Below, piece after piece: positions 27,601 to 44,477 of a stretch of DNA of 64,000 nucleotides. The translations under genes were made by a program, and so were the position numbers. The stretch comes from Trichoplax sp. H2 (taxonomy: Eukaryota), in contig NOWV01000137.1 in the NCBI GenBank assembly GCA_003344405.1, forward strand, positions 62,001-126,000, written 5' to 3'. Under the pieces are notes generated by a model. That model was not told the origin of the DNA, made no database searches, and was given only the letters and a program-made list of their open reading frames with translations. Positions within the stretch are counted from its first letter, which is position 1. Each line of letters opens with the position of its first letter.

Positions 27601-28971
27601 CGAATTACGTTCCTCCTACACCACCAACACCAAATGCTGCCGAGGTTGCAAATTCAGTAGCAGCAATCTTTGAATACCGAACTTCTACTCCGGTAATAAT
27701 TTTAGCGATTGTCAATGCCCATGCGATAATTAATAACAGAGTACAGCATCAATCATCATCTACTCCTGCTTCTCTATGCTATGCATCATACAGTATTCAA
27801 TATCATCGATCTTTTTATGTTGATATTCTTTTCGTTATGGTTTAAATATTAGTGGAATGCAGCTTCCATCGCCAGGTTTAAAGCAGCTTTAGCAAGGGCT
27901 GTTACACGTGTCTGTCAAGAAACCTATCAAGAATGCAAACTGAAAAATCATAGGTATCTTGTAAATCGGATCTTAGCCGCTACTATTACAGATTTATTTT
28001 TGCGTACATATTGTCTAACCAGTAGCTCAAGGATCAACGAAATTATGGCTTAAAATTAATTCATTTATACATTACTGAAATTTTAGAGAGAGGATAGGAA
28101 AGATTTTTAATCGATTGAGATAATTTTATTACTATTGCAATTACTATAATCAATAGTTGTAGATTGCTCTATGAAACACATCGAATTAATTTATTCGTTA
28201 AAAATGAACTGTATTATAGAAGCCTGTAATATTATACTATGCAAAAATCAACAAAATTGTTTCTTTTTATGTATTTGTAGAGTTACTTTCAGTGCAGATA
28301 ATATTAAAATCCGACCCGGGTATCCTTCAATGTCAAGGTAAAATATTAAGACAAATATCGTCTAATATTTCTATTAGTCGCGGACTCATTGATACTATTT
28401 GCTTATCATTTTAATAACGCTATTATCCTTTGGTAGGAACATAAATACTGTAATTTTCTACGTCAAACTGCCTCCAAATGCTCAAGCAGTTAATGCGTCA
28501 GGTGTTCTTCCAGGTGCTGTCCTGTCCGCTGTTTTCAGAGGTAACAATCTGCATATGGTAAGTGCTATGGGAGCTATCCGTGCAAACGTCACCGCCATTC
28601 CTACGCAAACACCAATAACCAAAGCAGCAACGTCCCAAGCTGCAACTAGTACTCCGACAAGTAATTATAATCAAGAATTAGCCGTTGGTTTAGCTGTTGG
28701 TATTGGCTGTGCTGTAATTTTATTTTTTATTATTTATTACACGTAAGTAATGAACCTAACGAAGACGATGAATCTTTCGTTCATTAATATAATTATAACC
28801 CAAATAAAATGTAGTCTAATAATAACAGATCTAGTAATAAACTATAATAGAATTAAATACTGTTGTCAATTTAATTCTTTTAGGGTTAGATGGTACTCAA
28901 AGAAACCTCGAAAATCGAAGATATACAAGGAAACGGACTCAGAGCTGATTAATTTAACCGAACGCCAATAA
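18694..28971 (+). CDS. Mucin-like NIDO-AMOP-VWD-Ig-EGF(7)-TM protein, paralogue C (complete, multi-exon)
   Basis: Signal peptide [20 protein letters not shown]. Same exon series as B: ~20199-20323, 21288-21590, 21757-22025, AMOP 22514-22920, VWD from ~23060 ([12 protein letters not shown]), 24520-24718, 25177-25413, Ig/EGF 25606-27415, [24 protein letters not shown], last exon ending [17 protein letters not shown]. Confidence 0.92.
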
Positions 28972-29137
28972 TTCAACCTGTCATTACAGTATTCAACAAT
29001 TCTATATCAGGTTTTAGATTGCTAATATCAATGAATGTCCTCTGTTATGGCTATTATAATAGCCTTGATTTCATTCAAACCGAACAACCTATCAATCAAT
29101 CAGTTATGTTTCTTGTGTGGTCATACAGACGATCAAC

Positions 29138-29172
29138 ATAATAATAATAATAATAATAATAGTAATAGTAGT
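29138..29172. repeat. (AAT)n / (AGT)n microsatellite
   Basis: ataataataataataataataatagtaatagtagt, immediately before conserved element copy C. Confidence 0.8.
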
Positions 29173-29180
29173 TTACATTT

Positions 29181-29296
29181 TTAAACCCAGTTTCGCATAG
29201 CAGATTCTTGCTCAAAGTTGTTAACAACAACTTTGTTAATGATGCAGTCTACGGCTTGAAATTTGGATGCAAGTACTGAGTAGTATTTGGTAGTCC
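29181..29296. other. Conserved post-stop element, copy C
   Basis: Same invariant blocks. Minus strand reads VLASKFQAVDCIINKVVVNNFEQESAMRNWV* (end of ORF 29181..29366). Confidence 0.8.
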
Positions 29297-30639
29297 TGGG
29301 GTTTAAAGTCAATGACAATGATGTATTAGAAATGGAAATGATATATTTATGTCTGATTTTTACCATTAAGTGAAGTTTGGAGAAGTTCAGCTAATGCCGA
29401 GTAATTCTATAGTTTATAGTGTATTTACTCTAATTTTGACTTTCGATATTACTCTTATTGGACTCAAAATTCAAGTCAGGATTAATCCTAGCATTGTTTT
29501 GCCTCTGTTATTACCATCATTTGGCTGCATTTATGTAATAGATTATTTTAATTTTGTAGTAGATTGGGTGGTTTTGTCTATCTATCTTCTGACACGATTA
29601 ATAAATCGATAAGTGTATTTGGTGTACTTTTATGCCCAATTGCCTTTTGTAAGGTTATCGCTACTTTCTTGAAGTGCATGCATCTAGTATCATTACTTGT
29701 GAAGTTGCAGACAAAGCTAGTAGGTGGTTAATAAAACACTGCAGATATGCTGATTATATAATTATTATCTCCTTACATAAAGTAGATTGCTGGTAATGGA
29801 AATTTAAAGTATAGAAGATTAGGATTTACCTTTAAATCAAATATTCATGCAGTATTTTCAACTGTTAATATCGTCAATAGACTGTTGTTACGAAACTTAA
29901 GCGAGCATCAATGATATAACTAGAAACCAGGCAACAGTATATTCAAATAGATGTCCAGTACAGTATATCATTCTGTTGTATCGGCATAATTTAAGAGACC
30001 TCTAGCATGCTCGTATGGTCTCACATGTTTCGTACGCATAAATTTATACATTCGCTATCTCTAAACAAATGAAATGTAACTAGCGATTTCCCTTTCTCCA
30101 TACTATAGCTCTGCAAAAGAAATACATCAATGGTGGAGCGAATCATAGCAATTCAAGTGCCATTAAGAATAACGTAAGAACTCACTCCACCAAATTTTTA
30201 TATGAAATACGTTATGCAAGTGAGGTGATACACCGGCTAAGAACATAATATTTTGGTGATATTACTTTTTTTGTAGCAAGCTTAATAAGATCCAACAAAT
30301 TAGCCACATACACGTATGTCCGATTGTGAAAAGTAGCATGTAGAGTATTAGATCGCTTAGATTAGAGTCATTTATTTAATCCTCTTACAGATTTGGTCTT
30401 CCTTTTTTAATAGAAGGTCCGTATCATATAGTCGATTAGTTAATTTAAGTGATGATGTATTGCATTCTCATCAATGACGATACTTTACATTATATCAAAC
30501 CATAATTATTAAACCGGGTTATTTACAATAACTTGAATTATCCATTGTTTCCTGTTTTTCAAATAATACTATTTATAGACCAAGATCTGGAAATCAGGTA
30601 TCTTATATATATATTGCTAATTTATAAGGTACATAATTA

Positions 30640-33600
30640 TCAAGGATCTTTCATAAATCTATTCAGATAGAATCTCAATCCTTCCACCGAATCATCTCTA
30701 CATACCATCCCTAAATTTTCCGCAGCTGATAATCTATAAAGATTAAAGAATAATTAATTGTATTGAAAAAGTATTAAGCAGGAAATTAAATTAAATTTAC
30801 ATAGTGGCGGACTTACCCTTCTTTGGCGACAGTAATGGAGGTTTTTACTAACGGTGACAGTTCTTCCGCAGTTATGCAACCTTTACTCTTAATCTACAAT
30901 GAAAGTTAAAGTACTTAGGATAAAGGCTGAAATAAAGCTAATCTAATATGAAGACTTTTGATTTACTGACAATTTTAGTTATCTTTTCCACAATCACTTC
31001 TACACTATGACTTTCCGATTGTACTGCCAGCACTCCACTATCAAACTCTCGTAGCCTAAATAGCAAATACAATATTACATGGAACAAAAGATGTAAGACA
31101 GTGACAGATGGTTACTGGTATAAATGTAAAGCAATACCTGAGAGGCAGCTTAAGTGATTCAAACAATTTGCAAGCAATAAATACGTCTTCAGGAGAAACC
31201 AGCTACGAGATAGTAAATAAGTACATTGAGCCAAGAAGTACTACACATAGTGACTCGCTTATAAAATTCTATCGCATTACCTCAATACCCCTTGCGCGAT
31301 TATACATACAGTAAACATCGGTCAAAGTCATCAATCCATCTGATTTCTACACAAAAAATAAAGGAAGGATAGTAATTTTATAATATACTACTCATAAAGG
31401 GTTTACCTTTTTATATGTATAAAGGCATTTACCTCGATCAAACTTTTTAGAAACGTCGCAAGTTGTTTTGCTAGCTCTTCATGATATTTGTTGCCGTATC
31501 CATGCTCCTCTCTATGGTTGAGCAATTCAAAGATTGAAAAGTTATTAGCATTGATAAATTGATACCTTTAAGGTGTTTATTGTGCTACCTGGTAACGGGA
31601 TCGTTAATACCCATACTGAGCAAATAAGACTTGAATTGGACCGTCTAGATAAAGATTAATTAATAGTCAACAACGATAACTACACAATACTGTTACTATT
31701 GGATGATTGTGACCTACAGGAGCTATTGACTGCTAACCTCGTCATCGGATAGTTGCCCTTTCTTTTCTTCAATTTTCTTTGCAACACGATCAGCGATGGC
31801 TACCATTTCTTTAGCCTATAAAATGATAGGAATATGGATAATGGAAATTATACGGCTACTTTGATGTTTGTGTATATATACGAGTATGTGCCAAACCTTG
31901 TCCATTAGAGCATTTAAATCAGAAAATGCCTGTAACAAATCAAAACATAAATGCCAGTTGATAAGCTTAATTAATACGTATATCGTATGTTTTAACTAAT
32001 TAAATCACTCTTCATTAATAAATATTTCACAACCTGAGAAATTGTGCTTTGAGTTTCTTTTTGCTTCTGTTCGATTTTACGTTCAATTCCAACAATGCCC
32101 ATATGTCTTCCGCTTGGACGAGTAGCTTGGCGCTGGTTAGTTACTTGAGTAATCCAACGTTTTCGAGACAATTGATTACATAAGGCAGCATAATACTGGT
32201 ACAAGATCGTGATAGGATGTTATTGCATTGCATTTATTTCACCTTTAATGGATAAAGTAATTGATAGCATGACTTTTTTTACCTCGCTTTGGCCACCAGC
32301 GCGAAAAGATAAACGTATATAATTGAATTGACTACTAATCTTTGGCCCAGGCTCTTGGCTTGCAGGTTTTGGTTGAAGATACAATATAATTTTCGCACTA
32401 TTGATAGCATGCAATAATCAAATATGAAGGCAAATTTAAGACAATCAATTTTATTGATTTCATCCATTGAGATATTTTAAAGGTATGATATAAGTTAGGT
32501 GCACATATAGTATTTCTATTGGAGCATGTTCTGTAGCAGGATTGAGGCTAAAGATCTTACTGTATTTTCACGAGATCCATCAAAAAATTAGAATTCATTT
32601 TAGTTCATATAAACTATACTATCCGTACTAATGTGTTTCCGGGGAAGACTGTTATTCATTCCAAGATAGAAATTAATCCAGGTAATTTTTACATAATTTT
32701 AGATACTTTACAATTGAATACTATAGTAATAGGTTAAGCGATATGTTGGAATTTTAACACTGTACCATAGATTACTAACTCATTCATTAACAAACTATGG
32801 ACTATCTATCTTTTCTCAGATTCGCAGCATTTCTTACCTTCTGTTAAAACCTGCTATGACTTCCTCCGTTTTTTGCACGAGATTTAAGCCCAAGGAGATT
32901 GTACGATCCTGTTATTAACAATGGTATATCAATGTCATTGATAGAGTAATGGTGGTGCATCTTACGACCTCAATAGTTATATCATGGTACATTTGCACAT
33001 AAAAATATTCTAAACTGCAAAGTATACTGTATCAATCCACCTAGTAATTACTGTTGCATCAGCAAGCTAAGCCAACATTCAGAACATCGTATACGACACA
33101 GACCACAGTCACAACAGTGATTAATAATACAAGGTTGGCTCAAGTGCTTCAATCAATTGAAGAAACCCGTCCTATACCATCTACCTTACTGTATAAGTAT
33201 AGATTGCTTTTTAATAGAGAAAATTTTACTCACTTGCATCAGTAATGGATCTGCAACTGAGTAATCAGTGCAATCAACATGTACTCTTATAATATTATTA
33301 TTACTATGGTAGCGTTTACCCAACTTTGTTAGCATACTGCGTTCGTAAAGAGGGCTTTACTTACTTGCAACTGATCATCCCATATAAGTTGATGACTGGT
33401 AAGTCTTAATGTCCCGCAGTCGAAATTTGTCTACGAGGAGTTAAAAAGATCGCAATTTAATTCAATTCAATAGTTACGATAGTTGATTAATTCATCATAT
33501 AACAAGGCTATCCATCATCATCACCATCATGATGACCTGGAGGACAGCTAACGTCATTTCAATGAATCGCGATCAGATTCCAACTACACTACAAGGCAGA

Positions 33601-33852
33601 TGATTTAGCCCTGGTAATCTAAAATTGATGTTGTATAACCTATAGTATCCTTTGCTATAGCAGATCTTACGCATGATCTGCCTTGAAGCAACGTTACAGA
33701 AAGATTCCTTTCACTTCGTCAGCCTTGTAATTCGAATAACTGGCCCTACTTACACGATTATCGCCATCATAGATTCGAACGTTATGTTTCTGTATAACCT
33801 CAAATTCCCCCTTTATCAAGGAGATGGTGGTTACCCACATGAATCGATCCAT
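30640..33852 (-). CDS. VPS36: Vacuolar protein sorting 36 (ESCRT-II subunit, GLUE domain), about 14 exons
   Basis: N-term [62 protein letters not shown]...[49 protein letters not shown]-term [21 protein letters not shown]. All match recalled metazoan VPS36 motifs. Confidence 0.95.
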
Positions 33853-34507
33853 GATCAATCAGCAAGAGAACTGTTTTATTCTATGGAAAAATCAACTTAA
33901 TCGACGTCAAAGCAAGTAAAAGTGATGGAATTGGCAGTAATGGCAGCCAAGTCGAGAAAGGAGACTGTTTTGTATCTCAGTCGTTGGCCAATTGATGTCG
34001 AAATCCAATACTATGCTCTCATTGGCTAAAGGTAGAGATGGGACAGTATTAATTACTCAGTCCAATTTGCGTACTTTAGGTTCAGCATCGATATGTTTGC
34101 ATTGCGTGCTAAAGTCATGTCCGATCAGACAATTGATATCATCATGTATTTTATAGATATTTTAGAGGTGTACAGAGGTTGAGAGTGATATAATTTTGCA
34201 CAGCGAACCGGCTTGAAATCAAAAACAGAGAATTATACCATTAGTTGGAACGGATCTTGTCTTTACTATAGTCTTATAAAGAAGAAAGCTGATTTAATGA
34301 CTATAAATCGTCTTTGCAGCGACTTTATTGATCATCCAGTAGTCTAGAATCTCAATATACTGTATATCCTAGGATGAATGCAAGCCATCATTTCATCATG
34401 GCTCCTGAATCGATTTTCTCCTACTGTACTAAAATGAACATATCCCTCGGTAAAGTTATCACCCCTTTACTAGCGATATATTACATATGATCGGCGATAG
34501 ATACATA

Positions 34508-34856
34508 GACTGATTCTAGCTAACAATATAAGAAATTGAGTTTAGGCGATTGGAATTTGCAATAATTTACAGCACCTAACAGGTTCGACATTTAATGTGC
34601 TACTACAGCAACGATGGCTTATTTTCGATTACTATGGTAATAAGTCTAGTGTCTAAGCACACAAGTTGTATGATCCACGATAGATAGTGTAAACATACTG
34701 TAAACTGATTTTAGCTGGCAATAAGAAATTGAGTTTAAGCGATTGGGATTTGCAATCGTTTAGGTCCTGCAGGTTCGCCATTAATACGCTACCATAGCAA
34801 CGATGTCTTATATTGGATTACTATAGTAATGAGTCATGTGTCTGAGCATGCGAGTC
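34508..34856. repeat. Two diverged ~155-bp direct repeats in the VPS36/AASDHPPT divergent intergenic region
   Basis: actgattctagct..aatataagaaattgagttttaggcgattggaatttgcaat...caggttcgacatt...agcaacgatg (from ~34509) versus actgattttagctggcaataagaaattgagtttaagcgattgggatttgcaat...caggttcgccatt...agcaacgatg (from ~34704). Confidence 0.8.
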
Positions 34857-35018
34857 ACTTTTGTATGTGGCTTACTCAAACGCAATCGTATTAGTCATGT
34901 GACTCTTTAGTCATGTGACTTATTAGTCATTTGACTGATACTGTAGCTGGCACTATAGCGCACAGTATCAATAACGGTTGTAGTTGAAGTTTGTGTATGG
35001 CTCGTGCTGATGACGTCA
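34788..35018. promoter_or_regulatory. Motif cluster: RFX X-box-like site, tandem GTCATGTGAC (M-box/CLEAR-like E-boxes) and a CRE
   Basis: GCTACCATAGCAAC 34788-34801; GTCATGTG 34833-34840; GTCATGTGAC 34894-34903 and 34910-34919; GTCATTTGAC 34926-34935; TGACGTCA 35011-35018. Confidence 0.45.
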
Positions 35019-35293
35019 TGGAAACAGCCAAAAAGTTGTCTAGCTCCTGTACTGAGAAAACTCAATACCTGTTATACTGTGTGTACTACTAAATTGGAGT
35101 GTTTGAAACAGTTAACTATTCGAACGAACCGCGACTATATTATTTAGTTTCTTGCCCTAACATCAAAATTGCTAGATGATCGCAGATCATAACAATCGCT
35201 GATCGATTGCATGATCTATCGATGATTAAGTCTAATTTAATAACATATTGGTGTAGACAAGTTTTGCGATCTCATCATCATTTTGCTAGGACT

Positions 35294-38200
35294 ATGTCTC
35301 TTCGTTGGGCCTTTCATTACAGCCAATGGCAGCCAAGTAAAGAGGTTGTAGCTCGCCAAGACGATATTCTAGTTGTGCAGCATGAGCAACTCAGCTCTGA
35401 CTGGGTGTGCTTGCTTGCTGCAGCTTTTAATCAAGAACATGATAGTTGTGCTCTTCTATAGCATGATGAGGACTGCCTTGAGGGGCTCTCTTCTCTTACT
35501 GCAAAATAAGATTGTACTCATCCAGCATAGATGTAAATCAATTTGAAAGCCATCGTTAACACTTTCAGTCTGAGAATACGTCATGCAGGATTGAAATGAC
35601 AGTCGTAGCTGGGCATCATGACGACCTTGCTTACCGCAGTAGTTTAACCTTGTTATTTTTCGTATTGTTTAGGAATGGATGTTGGCTGCAAGTTGCTTAC
35701 AAAAAGAAGAAGCAAATAGGATTAGTCAGTTTATGTTTAAGCGTGATGCAAAAGCAAGTTTGGTAAGTAGCTGTCATTACTGAGTAGTGTGCATACTAGC
35801 AAGTTATATACAGATATGCTAAGGTCAATCCTAGATGCATATTCGATTGGTTGTACTGTAACGTCAGCAAATACATCGAAAAATTTTTATTCCATCTTAT
35901 TGGTATACATTAGACAATCATGATGACATAGCAATAAGATTTGTAGTACGGCTGCAATTGCAGAAGCTACGGGGCGACTGCATTTGCTCGGGCGTTTTTC
36001 CCTTCTTTCAGTTATAAAACAGACGCGTACAAACAACTTACAGTATAATCCATTAGGGTATGCTAATACGAATTGCGCTATGATAGTTCAGTGGGACTGC
36101 TAGACTGCTTCGCTTCCGATTTATGCCAGCATATCACAACTTGATGACTAATCTTATTAATTTTTATTTAAATAGTGTGGTCGATTGTTACTGAGGAAAG
36201 CTGTCCACGATTTATTGCATTTGCCCTATGACAGGATTCGATTTGATAGGACTGATAAGGGAAAACCTGTTCTGGTGAGGTCAAAATGACTGCAAATAAA
36301 TTCTTTAGTTTTGCTATACTTTACTATTCATCAGTAATGTAAATATACAGTATAGGCAATATCACATCTTTGTACTGTATAATATGTAATTTTAACTGAA
36401 AATGTGGCATCAAATGTTAACGTTCCCATTGTGCGATTTTAATAGTAATCTACGGCTAGATTACAGTTTGCCTCTATTGATGAGCTATTTATAGAACTAC
36501 ACAGAACATATTATCACTGCAAATTGAGTTTTTAATTGCAATGGATAATAGAATGCTACCCATCACTAAAATTTATACCATAAACGTCATTCCTTATGTG
36601 TAATGGGTATGATGCAATTTTAACTAAAAGTGTAGTATCAACGTTAATGTCATCATTTTACAATTTTGGTGCTAATTTATATATCTCGCTCTTGTGAAAT
36701 GAACACATCTATGTGTATGCGCTGTTTTATTTCTTGTGTATATCGTCCTCATATTTATACTCGCACAGTAGTATCAAATATTAAGTTCTCATTTTTACGT
36801 TTTCGGTGCTTGGCTATAGCTAGAGTGTATAATTTTGTTCAAAACTAAAAGATCAGTTTTTAACAGCAATGATCATTTCTATCCACTTTGGGTTGTTTAT
36901 GCTAGGTCGGAGACAATTCCAACTTATCACTCAACGTATCCCATCAGGTGAGGCTTTATTTGAAGCGCATTCCATTATTATACAGTAAATAAACGAAACT
37001 TGCAGTATTCTGTAGATTTTGATGATGCCGTATATGCCGTTTAAAATATAAAATTATTCTTACGTGATATTAGCCACGAAATTAGAGTAATATTAGGAAT
37101 AATTGAATGTATTCATGGAATGCTCAGTGGATTGAAATTCCTGTAAATACCGCACTAGTCATTCGCATAATTAGTCCTTGTATCGATTATTTTGAAGTTT
37201 AATAATGACGATGAAATCGTAAATCATTATCTATCGATGCTTCTATTTAATACGGCTGTACTCATTTATTTAGGGAGACTTTACCGTGTTAAGTGCATCT
37301 TTCCAGTTCGAGAGTAAGTTGTCCATTTTTAGCTATTACAGCGTTAATATTAATGCATTGATATCCAATATTATACCATTTCCTCTGCATATTTCATAGA
37401 TATATAGAGACTTAGCCTTAAGTCTAAATCAATCTCTTGTTATAACTGATTCACTACTGTCGTTAGAGAACGCAGTGATAAGCAACTTTATTATAACCAA
37501 TATTTTAAATGATATTTTTACCGTTTTCAGCGGGAATCGACGTTATGAAAGTTGATTGGCTTGGTAAGTTACAATAAATTATAGGTTCGATTTATGACAA
37601 GCTCACTCACTTTTGGTGAAGCTTTGCTAGAACTAGCCTACAAGATATTAAGCTGTTTATTTTAATTACTAGGCAAAGAAGATCTTGATCAATTTTTTTA
37701 TACTATGCGGAAACAATTCACGGATTATGAATGGAGGAGCATTAGGAAATTTTTTACTGAAGAGGAACAATTAGAAGCTTTCTACAGACATTGGGTAAAG
37801 ACAACCATAAGATGAAAATTGTTTCTGATGATTGATTGCGTAATTTGTTGTAATGATTTTTGCTGAACCATACGTTGATCTTTGGATTATATCTGTTAGT
37901 GTCTAAAAGAAAGTTACGTTAAAGCATTAGGAATAGGTATCGCCAATGATCTTCGTGCTTTTGAGTTTCATCCACAGGAAGATGACGTTCCCGAAAAGGT
38001 AAATAGTTATTTCATAGTGCAGCTTTTATGCTAATCACTTGCAAAAAATCATTTTGCAAAATGACTAAATTGCCGGTAACTAATGGTAATGGTATGATAC
38101 GTCAGACGATGTAAAGTAACAACATTGTACACTCGTATTATAATTATCGATAGTATCATTCCTGACCTAACTGAAAGAATTCTAGTATACATTAAGTACA

Positions 38201-38774
38201 TCATCCAAGATTGACAAACCTTCTGTACTATTCAAAAAATTTACTTTATCAGGGTGTTTTAACAAATACGACGCTGTATGTGGATTGAAAGCTACAGGAG
38301 AAATGGATATTCGAAGAGTCTAAAGTAAACAAAAAGGTATCGCTACACCAGATGAATAAATTGAGTTGTCTACGAATTCATTTAACTGCAGGGTCAAATT
38401 CTGAGCTATTAAATCAAATTTGCTATTATAGCATTTAGTAGCTGTGGCCCTTCGCCCGCGCGATAGCATTGATGACAGTTCAACCAATACGAAGGAGTTA
38501 GTATCATATTTTAATGTTATTCTATGTGTTTCTACTATTAAAATTAAAGCACAAATCTTAAAGGTTTATTTTTATACAAATAAAGCTAGGATCAGATTGT
38601 AATGCTAATTTGTTATTATGCTACAATTTCTTTTCTATTTTAAGAAATATTGCGGCTCCTTTGGTTACACTTTCTTTTCAAGATCTTGTATCGTCCGCTG
38701 TACCTTTCAATGTAGTTGATGACAATTACTGGAACAAGTTCTCAGTGAAAAGTGAAAAGCCTAATTTGGCCTAA
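35294..38774 (+). CDS. AASDHPPT: L-aminoadipate-semialdehyde dehydrogenase phosphopantetheinyl transferase (Sfp-type PPTase), 11 exons, in-frame TGA at 38286-38288
   Basis: MSLRWAFHYSQWQPSKE|EWMLAASCLQKEEANRISQFMFKRDAKASL|CGRLLLRK...RTDKGKPVL|...LNVSHQ|GDFTVL...GIDVMK...FYRHW|CLKESYVKALGIG (PPTase motif)...|GVLTNTTLYVD*KLQEKWIFEESKV..|HLVAVALRP...|FQDLVSSAVP...YWNKF...PNLA*. Confidence 0.93.
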
Positions 38775-39091
38775 GAATGATTTAGCTACATTAAGTGTTC
38801 AGCAACAAGAAAAATAATTGTTTACTTCTGACTATAACGTAAACTGGATAACGAAAGAATCGTGCAAAAGCCGCTTTATTTTCTCCAAAAATAGCCCTAA
38901 CTGATACATTTAATTTATGCAATTTTACTGTGATGCAAAAAGAATATCCGCTGAATAATTAATAATAATTACTATACTAGAATAATTCCTAGCCAACCAC
39001 TGGACCGAGGATACATGCCCATTTGTTCAATATCCATGATGTATACGAATATTTTGCTTTTGTAGCCTGTTTGGCAGCTAGAATTTTATAT

Positions 39092-44448
<5,357 letters not shown>

Positions 44449-44477
44449 TTTCAAGTCCAATAAGAAGATTGCTAACG

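Noticed and set aside
29239-29279. C/D box snoRNA (ATGATGC...CTGA) in copy C
   Set aside because: Too short, and the CTGA is not conserved in copies A and B.
38777-38832. SECIS after AASDHPPT that could recode the TGA as selenocysteine
   Set aside because: ATGA-N12-AA spacing is present but helix II does not pair convincingly, and the TGA aligns to Gly rather than Cys.
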